Translations under genes and position numbers: made by a program
Source: Candidatus Krumholzibacteriia bacterium
GTDB taxonomy: Bacteria; Krumholzibacteriota; Krumholzibacteriia; LZORAL124-64-63
Assembly (NCBI GenBank): GCA_036351155.1
Contig: JAZBOO010000212.1
Span: 1 to 17,884 of the forward strand
Direction: 5' to 3'
DNA: 17,884 bases
In this document: one piece after another, positions 7,534 through 16,112 of the stretch
Numbering within the stretch: the stretch's first letter is position 1
How the letters are laid out: every line of letters begins with the position of its first letter
Notes under the pieces: model-generated
The model's database searches: none
What the model was told of the DNA's origin: nothing
Seen by the model: only the letters and a program-made list of their open reading frames with translations

Positions 7534-8280
7534 TTGCCCGACACCATCTTCACCACCCCCTGGGATTTCGCGATCACCTGCGCGGTGCTGGTCATTGCCC
7601 AGCTGGTGTACGTGATGTTCGGTTTCGGCAGCGGGTTGATCGCCGTGGGCGGCCTGGCCCTGGTGTTCCCCGAGATCAAGGACGTGGTGGTGGTCCTGCT
7701 CCTGGTGAACCTGCCCGCCGAGCTGTGGGTGTGCTGGCAATCAAGGCGCGACATTAGCTGGCGGCCCATCGCCATCCTGGGCGTGGGTATTGGCCTGGGC
7801 ATTCCGCTGGGAGCCTGGATTCTGAAGCAGGGCGACCCCCGGTTCATCCTGGTGATCCTGGGCTGGTTTCTGATGGCAGTGGGTCTGGTGTTCTTGCGGC
7901 TGCCGTCCGGGGGCCGTCATCGTCCGCCGGCCTGGCTGGGGCCGCCCACGGGGCTGATCAGCGGCGTGTTGACGGGGCTATTCGGAACCGGCGGACCCCC
8001 GTTGATCATCTGGTACCATCTGGCCGTCGGCAGCAAGAGCGCCTTCCGCGGCAACCTGATGACCATCTTCCTGCTGATGTCGGTGGTCCGGGTGCCCAGC
8101 TATCTGATCGGGGGGCTGATCACCGTTCCGCGGCTGTGGTCCACCCTGGCGGTGATGCCCGCCGTGCTGTTCGGGGCCTGGCTCGGTCACCGTCTGCACA
8201 TTCAGCTGTCCGAGGTGGTCTTCCGGCGGATGGTGGCCGGGTTGCTGTTCATCCTGGGCCTGGTCCAGGTGATCCGCTGA
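7534..8280 (+). CDS. Sulfite exporter TauE/SafE family membrane protein
   Basis: 'MFGFGSGLI', 'GIPLGAWIL', 'GLISGVLTGLFGTGGPPL' and 'GAWLG' motifs with about 8 TM helices. Start placed at TTG 7534 after GGAG (7525-7528), in frame with ORF 7456..8280. Confidence 0.88.
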   Translation: MPDTIFTTPWDFAITCAVLVIAQLVYVMFGFGSGLIAVGGLALVFPEIKDVVVVLLLVNLPAELWVCWQSRRDISWRPIAILGVGIGLGIPLGAWILKQGDPRFILVILGWFLMAVGLVFLRLPSGGRHRPPAWLGPPTGLISGVLTGLFGTGGPPLIIWYHLAVGSKSAFRGNLMTIFLLMSVVRVPSYLIGGLITVPRLWSTLAVMPAVLFGAWLGHRLHIQLSEVVFRRMVAGLLFILGLVQVIR

Positions 8281-8298
8281 CCCGTCGCCGGCCTCTCT

Positions 8299-8937
8299 TC
8301 AGAACCGCATCCCCAGGCCTACCTGGAAGCCCGAGACCTTGTTGCCGTCCTCGAACCCGTCCAGCCCTTCTTCCTGCACTTCGGCCATCTTGTTCACCGC
8401 CGCATCGGTGTTGTCGACGACTTGACGGGTCAGGCCCAGGCTGTAACGCGCATCGAAGAAGTAGCGCGTGAACTCCACCGTCAGCCCCAGGTGGGCCAGC
8501 ACATCGGTGTCCTCGTAACCGATCTCACCGTTGGTGGCCCCCTCGGGCTGGTCCCAGGTTTCCCCCACCTTCAGGGCAAAGGAAACGCCGCCGTAAATGC
8601 GCGGAATGAACCCGGACATGGGGAACTTGGCGCCGACAAAGGCCGCCGTCTGCAGGTAGTGGAGGGTGACTTCGGCGTTGTCCAGGATCAATCCGTCCTG
8701 GGTGCTGGAAAAGTAGCGAGGCTGGGCGCCGCGCCGCTGGACATACTCCACTCCCACGCGCAGATCGATCGGGCCAGGTGAGGCCAGCACATCCCGGGAG
8801 ACGGCCAGGGCCACACCCCCACGGCTGTCGTACAGACCCACGTCGGAGTGGGTCACGCTGGCGGTCACATCGATGGCGGAGGCCGGCCCGGCCACCAGGC
8901 CCAGGCAAACGGCAACAATTCCAGCCCGCAGGTTCAT
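8299..8937 (-). CDS. Small outer-membrane beta-barrel protein, PorT/OMP_b-brl_2-like
   Basis: From ATG 8937: signal peptide MNLRAGIVAVCLGLVAGPASA, then 'GVEYVQRRG', 'TLHYLQ', 'PRIYGGVSF', 'FDARYSLGL'. C-terminal beta-signal 'FQVGLGMRF' ends in Phe. Confidence 0.72.
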   Translation of the reverse strand: MNLRAGIVAVCLGLVAGPASAIDVTASVTHSDVGLYDSRGGVALAVSRDVLASPGPIDLRVGVEYVQRRGAQPRYFSSTQDGLILDNAEVTLHYLQTAAFVGAKFPMSGFIPRIYGGVSFALKVGETWDQPEGATNGEIGYEDTDVLAHLGLTVEFTRYFFDARYSLGLTRQVVDNTDAAVNKMAEVQEEGLDGFEDGNKVSGFQVGLGMRF

Positions 8938-8994
8938 TCTTCTACCCTTCGAGGGAGGTCCATAACTGGCGGGCATGAGTTTACGGAAACCCAC

Positions 8995-9032
8995 GAAGAA
9001 AAACCACCGGTGATCCGAAGATCACCGGTGGT
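8995..9032 (-). terminator. Intrinsic terminator downstream of the S8 protease gene
   Basis: Perfect 13-bp inverted repeat ACCACCGGTGATC (9003-9015) / GATCACCGGTGGT (9020-9032). On the minus strand this forms a C(UUCG)G tetraloop followed by a U-tract (UUUUCUUC). Confidence 0.9.
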
Positions 9033-9063
9033 CGTTGCAAGACAGATTATCCGAGTCCGGAAA

Positions 9064-12000
9064 CTACCGAACCAGAGCCATGCTCTTGACGGTGATGACA
9101 CCGTCGACAGCCAGGCGGGCAAAGTAGGTGCCCGAGGCCACCGAGCGGCCACCCTGATCCTGTCCGTTCCAGAACACCTCGTGGTGTCCGGCACCCATGC
9201 TCTCGTTCAGCAGGCTGCGCACCAGTCGGCCGGAAACATCGTAGAGTTTCAGGCTGACCGCGGCGTCGCGAGGAATGCTGAACTTGAGGTGCGTGGCCGG
9301 GTTGAACGGATTCGGCACCGCACCGGTGAACTGCACCACGCGGGGCAGCAGATCACCCACGGGGGTCACGCCACCGACGACCATGTTGATCGGCACCGTC
9401 ATCGTGGCCTGAGTGGGGTCGTTCGAACCCACACTCAACATGGCCGCGTAACTGCCCACAGGCAGGCCGGTGCTGTCGAAGTGCAGAGTGATATCCGTGC
9501 TCTCGCCTTCCAGAATCGAGCCCACCAGGGGGTCGGCGGTCACCCAGGTCAGGGGCGGAGTCGGGGCCAGGCGAATGGCCAGATCATTGTGCAGATAGCT
9601 GGCATCGTTGAAGCACACCAGCAGACCATCGTCACCGGCGCCATTCTCGATACCCACGGTCGAACCGTCGATATCCTGGATCAGCTGGTACTGGTAGATG
9701 ATGCTGCCGTCAGCGTTCAGGATGACCTGGAACGTGACGGGCAGACCGCCACCACCGCTCTGGTAGTGAGGCACATCTTGCCACTGCACGATGAAGCGAG
9801 AGGGCTCGCTCTTGTAGTAAATCGTCCCACCCGAGTTGGGGTTCAGGTCGTCCCAGAACACCGCCAGCAGGTTGTTGGGATCGGACGCATTGGGGATGCC
9901 CTGGTTGTTGTAGCTGGTGCTGGTGGACGTGAAGCTGACCCAGCCGTTGGTACACACGTTGACCGAGTTGTACACATCACCGTAATAGCTGAAGGGGAAC
10001 TGCAGGGTGAACGGTCCATGGTTGGAGTCGTCACCGCTGCCCACCACGGCGCCGTCGCCTGAAATATCCATCCAGCTGTACACCGGGCCGCCGGGCTCAT
10101 CGCTGTCGGCCCAGGTGTAACCGAAGGCGTCCGGTCCACCGTAACCGGCGATGGGACTGACAGCTTCGCGCTCGTCCTTCTCGTCCTTGCCGTATTCACG
10201 GTGAGGAACGGGATTGATCACCTCGAGGCTGGGCACACCCACCTCGGTCAGGTTCAGAGCGTAGCTCAAGGTCCCATCACCCAGGTTGTTGATGGTCAGA
10301 GGCCAATCCTCGGTGGAATCGACACCCAGGGCCATGTTCACCGGTGAAGTGTCCATGGAGATCTGGGGCACGCCGGGCAGTTCCACGGCCGGCAGCTCCA
10401 TGTAGTCGATCCAGCCGCAGTCACTGCCGTTGCTGACGGAGGTGTCCTTGTCATAATCAAAGGTGAAAGTCCGGGCTCCGGGCTGAACCGTGTGGACGAA
10501 CTCGGTCCAGGGAACTTCGCCGGACCATTCCGCGATCACGGCGCCATCCACCAGGAAGCGCAGGTAATCCCAGCCGCTCTCGGAGGACACCTTGTACCAG
10601 AACTTGATCTCGCCTTCGGCCACCACGTCCAGGGTCAGGCTCATGCTCGACGACTGGTTGTCGCCGACGTCGCCGCTCCTGGCGCTGTTGAAGCCTTCAT
10701 AATAATCGGCAGCATCGATGGTCCAGTCGGCATTGCCGGCCATTTCCCAGGGGAAACGGTTGAAGTTGCCGGTCTCGAAATCATCGCCGATCCACTCGGG
10801 CAGGTTGAAGTCCAGGGTCAGGTCACCCAGCACTTCGACGTTCTGCGCCTGGGTGCCCATGCCGCTGGCGCGGGCCACGATGTCGTAGAACTCACCCACG
10901 CCCGAAGGCAGGATCAGGGAGTAGTAGCCCGCCGCGTCGGTGAACACGGGGTCCAGAGGCGTGGCCGCCACCCGCACCATGGCGTTTTCCACCACGTTGC
11001 CGTCGGGGCCGTACACGATGCCGCTGACGGTGCCGCTGGGCAGCAGGTCAATGGCCAGGTTCTCCACCACGACCTGGTCATCCAGGACGGTGGTCATGAT
11101 GGTGCCTTCGGCATAACCGAACTTGGTCACGGACAAGGTGACGTCATCGATCGGCATGGTCATGCTGAAGTAACCGTTGGCATCGGTGTAATCCTGGTTG
11201 TAGCCACCCACCTTGCGCACCAGAGCGTTCTCCAGGGGCAGGCCGGTACCGCTGTCGGTGATCACACCTTCGACGGTTCCGATACCGCCCATGACCGCCA
11301 GGACGGCCTCGTAGGCGTTGATGAAACCATGGCCGTAGTCGTTGTCTTCACCAGGAGTACCCAGATCGGTGGCCGTGGCCATGATCACTTCCTTGATGGT
11401 GATGACGTCGATGTTGGGGTTCGAGGCCTTCATCAGAGCCACCACACCAGCCACGTGAGGGCCAGCCATGGAGGTACCGCTCTTGTAGCCGTAGCCACCG
11501 CCAGGCACGGAGCTGTAGATGTCGCTGCCGGGTGCGCTGATCTCGGGCTTCATGGCAAATTCGCCACCACAACCACTTGGGCCGCGGCTGGAGAAGTCGC
11601 TGATGGTGTAGGGAGGATCGGGAATGGTGGAGCCCACCGAGAAGCAGTTGGTCGGGGAAGCGGCGCGGTCGCCGGGCGAACGCAGGCTCTCGCTGCCGGG
11701 GCCCTCGTTACCGGCGGACCAGGTGAAGCACACACCCGCGGCCTCGGCGGCGTCGATGGCATCCCACCAGCGGCTGTCACAGTCGTAGTAGCCGCTGAAG
11801 TTCTCGTTCACACCCCAGGAGTTCTGGACCACGGCAGGCATGTCGATGGTGGTCTCGGGGTTGCCGTCGGGGTCGGCCATGAACTCGATCGAGGCGATGA
11901 CGCCATTGTCGAAGTCCACGCCGGTGCCCGAGTCGATGATGTTGGAGGCGATCCACAGGGCGCCGGGAGCAACCCCGATGGTGTCATCATCGGCCAGGCC

Positions 12001-12735
12001 GGTGATGGTGCCCATGACGTGGGTACCATGGGAGTTGTTGTCATCGGGGAAGGTGTAACCCAGACCCGCCGCGTCCAACCAGCATTCGCTGGCCGGCGCG
12101 AAGTTGCCCCGCCAGCGGTCCGTCAGAGCGGGGTGAGTGCCATCGACACCAGTGTCGAGGATTCCCACCACGACGCCGGCGCCATTGATGCCCAGATCAT
12201 TCCACACCAGGGGAGCATTGATGGCCACCACACCGGGGGTGATCCCGATGCCGCGGTCGTTCTTGTCCGTACGCACAACCTTTTCGCTCTCGATGGGCTC
12301 GATCAGCTCGACGATCAGGTCGGCTTCAATGCGCTCCACATCCGGGCGGTTGGCCAGGTCGCGGATGGCGTCGACCGTACCGACGACCACCACGGAGTTG
12401 ACGATCCAGTGAGGGGTGTAACCCTTGATCCCGCCCGCAGCCTTGTCGGCTTCCAGGGCGGCCAGCAGATCGCCCTGGCTCTTGCGCGCTTGCTCTTGCA
12501 GCGAGTCGATCACAACGCGGTGCCGCACATCAATGGTGGCCTTGGCGTCGTGCAATTCCCAGTCCATGGCGCGGAAGTCAACCTGCTCGTTCATGACGAC
12601 CAGCACCTTGACGAACTCGTCACCACTCTTACCGGATATCTGGCTTTCCAGTCCGGGGGTCAGATAGCCGGCCTGAGCCGCCGCTGCCCAGAGCAGCACC
12701 AGAAAGCCCAGTGTGAGGGTTTTTATCATTTTCAT
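9064..12735 (-). CDS. Secreted multidomain S8 (subtilisin/bacillopeptidase F-like) serine protease with FlgD-Ig/T9SS-like C-terminal domain
   Basis: Signal peptide ending in AQA and an I9-like prodomain. Catalytic triad VGILDTG / HGTHVMGT / GTSMAGPHV, oxyanion AGNEG. Followed by two carboxypeptidase-regulatory-like repeats, a jelly-roll domain, Ig and NIDO-like segments, and the terminal 'PNPFNPAT...YDVSGRLVR.L...GHHEVFWNGQD..G..VASGTYFARL...KSMALVR'. SD AAGGAG. Confidence 0.93.
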   Translation of the reverse strand: MKMIKTLTLGFLVLLWAAAAQAGYLTPGLESQISGKSGDEFVKVLVVMNEQVDFRAMDWELHDAKATIDVRHRVVIDSLQEQARKSQGDLLAALEADKAAGGIKGYTPHWIVNSVVVVGTVDAIRDLANRPDVERIEADLIVELIEPIESEKVVRTDKNDRGIGITPGVVAINAPLVWNDLGINGAGVVVGILDTGVDGTHPALTDRWRGNFAPASECWLDAAGLGYTFPDDNNSHGTHVMGTITGLADDDTIGVAPGALWIASNIIDSGTGVDFDNGVIASIEFMADPDGNPETTIDMPAVVQNSWGVNENFSGYYDCDSRWWDAIDAAEAAGVCFTWSAGNEGPGSESLRSPGDRAASPTNCFSVGSTIPDPPYTISDFSSRGPSGCGGEFAMKPEISAPGSDIYSSVPGGGYGYKSGTSMAGPHVAGVVALMKASNPNIDVITIKEVIMATATDLGTPGEDNDYGHGFINAYEAVLAVMGGIGTVEGVITDSGTGLPLENALVRKVGGYNQDYTDANGYFSMTMPIDDVTLSVTKFGYAEGTIMTTVLDDQVVVENLAIDLLPSGTVSGIVYGPDGNVVENAMVRVAATPLDPVFTDAAGYYSLILPSGVGEFYDIVARASGMGTQAQNVEVLGDLTLDFNLPEWIGDDFETGNFNRFPWEMAGNADWTIDAADYYEGFNSARSGDVGDNQSSSMSLTLDVVAEGEIKFWYKVSSESGWDYLRFLVDGAVIAEWSGEVPWTEFVHTVQPGARTFTFDYDKDTSVSNGSDCGWIDYMELPAVELPGVPQISMDTSPVNMALGVDSTEDWPLTINNLGDGTLSYALNLTEVGVPSLEVINPVPHREYGKDEKDEREAVSPIAGYGGPDAFGYTWADSDEPGGPVYSWMDISGDGAVVGSGDDSNHGPFTLQFPFSYYGDVYNSVNVCTNGWVSFTSTSTSYNNQGIPNASDPNNLLAVFWDDLNPNSGGTIYYKSEPSRFIVQWQDVPHYQSGGGGLPVTFQVILNADGSIIYQYQLIQDIDGSTVGIENGAGDDGLLVCFNDASYLHNDLAIRLAPTPPLTWVTADPLVGSILEGESTDITLHFDSTGLPVGSYAAMLSVGSNDPTQATMTVPINMVVGGVTPVGDLLPRVVQFTGAVPNPFNPATHLKFSIPRDAAVSLKLYDVSGRLVRSLLNESMGAGHHEVFWNGQDQGGRSVASGTYFARLAVDGVITVKSMALVR

Positions 12736-12861
12736 CGGGGAGTCTCCTTTTCGTCAATTACAGGGATGGACCAGGAGTGTGGGAGTACATTACATCAATT
12801 AAGTATCACGTTTTTGTCGCGCTCAATTGAAAATGTGCAACCCGGTGGGAATTTTGAAGTT

Positions 12862-12890
12862 ATTATAACACGGGTGAGAAGAATTTTCAG
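12862..12890 (-). promoter_or_regulatory. Sigma70 promoter of the S8 protease: CTGAAA-N17-TATAAT with extended -10 (TGTTATAAT)
   Basis: Minus strand TGTTATAAT at 12862-12870 and a 4/6 match to -35 (CTGAAA) at 12885-12890 with 17-nt spacing, in an AT-rich gap about 125 nt upstream of the ATG. Confidence 0.7.
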
Positions 12891-12898
12891 CAGGATTT

Positions 12899-13438
12899 TT
12901 ATCCGGGTGAATGCGTGGGAAAAGTCCTCTGCAGTACCAGAAAGACCATCACAAGGCCCAGGGCGTGCTTGAAGAAGATGGCCACCATGCGACCGATGAA
13001 AGCATGGGCCCCGATGCGCAAGCTGGGTTCCAGGCGCTCGTTGCGCTGATATTCTCCCAGCACCGCCCCCCCAAACGCCCCCACGAATGATCCGAGAACC
13101 GCACCAATGATCGGCACCAGCGAGTTGCCCACCGCGGCCCCCAGTAGCCCGCCCACGAATGCACCCACCACACCGGCCTTGGTGGCCCCTTGTTTGGCCG
13201 GGTAAAAGGTGCCCACCAGGAACTCCACGCCTTCACCCAGCAGGGCGATACCCAGCAGGATCATCAGCAAGGGCCAGGTGATGGGATCGAACCCGGTGAC
13301 CAGCGCATGCACCAGCGCCATCCCCACCAGCACGAAGTTGCCCCCCAGCCCCAGGTAGACCAGCAGCGAGGCGGTGACCAGCAGCAGCGACCACAGGAAA
13401 TACCAGGACCATTGCCCCACCGCCTGAAGGATTTCCAC
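12899..13438 (-). CDS. DUF456 family membrane protein
   Basis: Hydrophobic 179-aa protein with the Gly-rich 'AKQGATKAGVVGAFVGGLLG...PIIGAVLGSFVGAFGGAVLGE' pattern. GTG start 1 nt after the DUF1684 stop. Confidence 0.8.
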   Translation of the reverse strand: MEILQAVGQWSWYFLWSLLLVTASLLVYLGLGGNFVLVGMALVHALVTGFDPITWPLLMILLGIALLGEGVEFLVGTFYPAKQGATKAGVVGAFVGGLLGAAVGNSLVPIIGAVLGSFVGAFGGAVLGEYQRNERLEPSLRIGAHAFIGRMVAIFFKHALGLVMVFLVLQRTFPTHSPG

Positions 13439-13439
13439 G

Positions 13440-14105
13440 TCAGTGCTGCTCCGGGTTCAAGGTTTTCTCGCCCGCCACGACACGGAACGGCAGGGTGTTT
13501 TCCACCGGAGGCAAGGTGCAGTTGTAACGGTCGGGGTTATAGTCGCACAGGGGGTTGTAGGCGAAGTTGAAGTCGAGATCCACGTTTCCCTCGGCGTCGA
13601 TCTCCAGGTCCAGATAGCGCCCCCCCGGGTAGGATTCCTTGCCGCTGGTGGCGTCGAAGAAGGGGAGCCACAGATAGTCGCCGCCCTTGGGATCAGCCGG
13701 GCCAAAGACCGTCAAGGTGTGGTCCTGGTCTTCGTGGCGGAAGCGGACCTGGCCCTTGCGCAGGTAGGGAACCTCTTGCCCGGCGCGCTTGGTCAACATC
13801 ACCGTGTCGGTGCCGGCCATGGCCACGAAGGGGGTCTTGAAGCGCATGGCCGGCTCGGGAAAGAAGTATTCCAGGCCTTCGAAGGTGGCCAGTCGATCGG
13901 TGGGCAGGGGGGTACGTTCAGCCACCCCGAACTCATCGTTCTTCTCGATGCGCATGTTGACCAGTTCGATTTCCTAGCGGTCGTGTTCGTCCGTATCCAT
14001 GGTCAGGGGCCCGGGAGCGGGCGCTTCGGCCTGGGAGCCGCAGCCCGACAGGAGGGCAATGGACAGGACAAGAGCCAGCAAAGGCGCAAACAAACGAGGG
14101 TTCAT
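13440..14105 (-). CDS. DUF1684 family lipoprotein containing an in-frame TAG at codon 44 (13974-13976); read-through product or pseudogene
   Basis: The C-part (ORF 13440..13955) has DUF1684 motifs 'F.GLEYF', 'LWLPFFDATSGKESYPGGRYL' and 'LDFNFAYNPLCDYN...CTLPP.ENTL'. In the same frame upstream: SD GGAG, then (GTG)ATG at 14108/14105, MNPRLFAPLLALVLSIALLSG-C (lipobox), GSQAEAPAPGPLTMDTDEHDR*EIELVNMRIEKN. Confidence 0.85.
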
Positions 14106-14245
14106 CACGGATTATTCTCCTGGTTCACGGGTTTCGGGTTCTGCTGGTGAATGATAACATGCCCGAGTTCCGGTTTCAAAACCGCCGGCTATTGTTTACC
14201 ATAGCGGTTGAACCCTCGCAACCCCCGCGCCGAAAGGAACACCCG

Positions 14246-16111
14246 GTGCCCCTGGACGAACTCGAGCCTCCCCGCTTCGTCGGGACAGCCGAAAAATCTG
14301 AACCCAGCCCCAACCGCTGGGTAGAACTGGCCGTGGTCCTCGCCGCCATCGTGGGCCACTTCCCCGCCCTGGGCGCCTGGTGGACCCTGGATGACTGGGG
14401 CTTGCTGGGGCAAGCCTCCGGATTGATCCCCACCGACGCGCCCCTCGGCTTTCCCGCCCGCTGGCTGAGCCAGCACCTGTACTGGGATATTCTGTATCCG
14501 GTGTTCGGCTTGTCGGCCGCGCCCTACGCCTGGTCCCGCCTCATCCTGCACGCCCTGAGCGCCTGGCTGGTCACCCGCATTGCCCTGCGGGCGGGACTCG
14601 AGGCCTGGCCCCGCCTGGTCGCCGGTCTCATGCTGGCCGTCACGCCCCTGGCCTTCACGCCCCTGTACTGGGCCGCGGGCGTCCAGGAATTGCTGGCCGC
14701 GGCCCTGGCCTTGCTGGCCGTCGAGCGCTGGCTGGCCCGGGGCCGCGCCAACATGGCCTGGGCCATTGTTTTTGCGGGCCTTTCCATGCTGGCCAAGGAG
14801 TCCGGGTTTGGACTTCCCCTGCTGTTTCTGGCTTTCCTGTGGATGCGCATCGGGCTGGACCTCGAAGACAAGGCCTACGGCTGGGCCCTGACCCTTCTGC
14901 TCCTGGTGGTGGCCGTGGTCGAGGGCACTCTGGTGATGGGCCACTTTGCCACCGGCCCCGGCGATCCCTACGCCATGGGGGGCATTGATGTCATCTTGAC
15001 CAATCTGGGTGTTTTCGGGTGGTGGCTTCTGTCACCCGGCCCTCTGCTGGCCAGCAACATCCACTGGCCCATGGCCGCCGCCGGTCTCATGCTGTTCGTG
15101 GGCTGGACGGCCTGGGGCATCAACCAGCAGCGACAACGACGACCCCTGCCCCTGTTGACCCTGATGGCCGCTGTGCTGGTCATGGCTCCGGCGCTGGCCC
15201 TGCGCGGTCAGCTCCATCCTTACCTGGCCTACCTGGCCGTGGCGCCCATGGGGCTGGCCGTGGGAGCCCTGGTGCCGGGCCGCCTCGGGTTACGCGCTCC
15301 TGTGCTGGCAGGTGTGGCCGTGCTCGCCGCCGTCTGGTGCTGGTGGAGCATGGACCTGCGGCTGGGGCAAAGAGACAGCACGGGACTGCCCTCGGATCCC
15401 GTGGTCCGGGCCACCAGCATTTCCTGGCGGGTGTGCCGAGGATTGCCCGACCTGCCCCTGGAACGCGGAGAAAGCAGCACCCTGGCGGTGACTTTTCTTC
15501 AGGTGCCGCTTTCACTGGAGGCCGCCGAGATGGCCGAGCGGCTGGGCGATCGGTTCGTGCCGGGAACCCACCTCTACCACAGTCTCGGGGGCACTCTCGG
15601 CCCCCGGCTGATTCTGGACCGTCACCACGGACGCCCCGTGACCGTGGACTGGGTGAACGCCCTGTTCAGCAATCCGGGTCAGGCCCTGGTCCTGGCAGCC
15701 ACCGGTTTCGAGTTCAAGCACTGGGGCAACACCGCCAACGCCGCCTATCTGGCCGCCTTGACCGACGTGGGCATGGGCCGCTTCGAGCGCGCCCGCAAGC
15801 ACCTGATCCGCGCCGGTGGGCTGCAGAAAGCTCCCGGTCGTGGGCCGCAAACCGCCAGCTTCTTCTACGATCCCGCCCAGATGATCATTCCCATGGGGCA
15901 GGTTCTGAACCGCAAGGAGGAGTTTATCGACTGGACTCTGGACCTCCTGGAACAGGACCATTCCCCCCAGGAAGTGGGCGGCCTGCAAGACACCTTCATT
16001 CAGCTGCTGGCTGCCGGCACCGGGATGAGCCGCGAAGAGCTCACCGCCGGCAGCACCCTGATCGACGTTGGCAAAAAACCTGCACCTGCGACCAAACCCT
16101 CCGGAGAATAA
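14246..16111 (+). CDS. Polytopic membrane protein, GT-C/PMT-like glycosyltransferase with C-terminal soluble (TPR-like) region
   Basis: Acidic 'LDDW' directly after TM1, then 'LILHAL', 'YWAAGVQELL' and 'LAKESG.GLP', the pattern of TMTC/PMT-like GT-C proteins. About 11-12 TM helices and a TPR-like 'DVGMGRFERARKHL'. Start placed at GTG 14246 after AAGGA. Confidence 0.6.
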   Translation: MPLDELEPPRFVGTAEKSEPSPNRWVELAVVLAAIVGHFPALGAWWTLDDWGLLGQASGLIPTDAPLGFPARWLSQHLYWDILYPVFGLSAAPYAWSRLILHALSAWLVTRIALRAGLEAWPRLVAGLMLAVTPLAFTPLYWAAGVQELLAAALALLAVERWLARGRANMAWAIVFAGLSMLAKESGFGLPLLFLAFLWMRIGLDLEDKAYGWALTLLLLVVAVVEGTLVMGHFATGPGDPYAMGGIDVILTNLGVFGWWLLSPGPLLASNIHWPMAAAGLMLFVGWTAWGINQQRQRRPLPLLTLMAAVLVMAPALALRGQLHPYLAYLAVAPMGLAVGALVPGRLGLRAPVLAGVAVLAAVWCWWSMDLRLGQRDSTGLPSDPVVRATSISWRVCRGLPDLPLERGESSTLAVTFLQVPLSLEAAEMAERLGDRFVPGTHLYHSLGGTLGPRLILDRHHGRPVTVDWVNALFSNPGQALVLAATGFEFKHWGNTANAAYLAALTDVGMGRFERARKHLIRAGGLQKAPGRGPQTASFFYDPAQMIIPMGQVLNRKEEFIDWTLDLLEQDHSPQEVGGLQDTFIQLLAAGTGMSREELTAGSTLIDVGKKPAPATKPSGE

Positions 16112-16112
16112 C

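Noticed and set aside
9003..9032. Perfect palindrome as a REP/MITE or CRISPR repeat
   Set aside because: Single copy with a UUCG loop and U-tract directly after a gene, so it is an ordinary intrinsic terminator.
10492..12972. 826-aa plus-strand ORF opposite the S8 protease (also 8848..10062)
   Set aside because: Antisense shadow of a GC3-biased gene. It has H/G/D/V-rich composition typical of the reverse frame, no motifs, and no SD.
1425..16112. ORF-track start positions 1425, 3326, 7456, 8994, 14147 and 16068
   Set aside because: These are longest-ORF extensions. Downstream starts (1515/1539, 3452, 7534, 8937, 14246, 16113) fit SD position and/or signal-peptide placement better.
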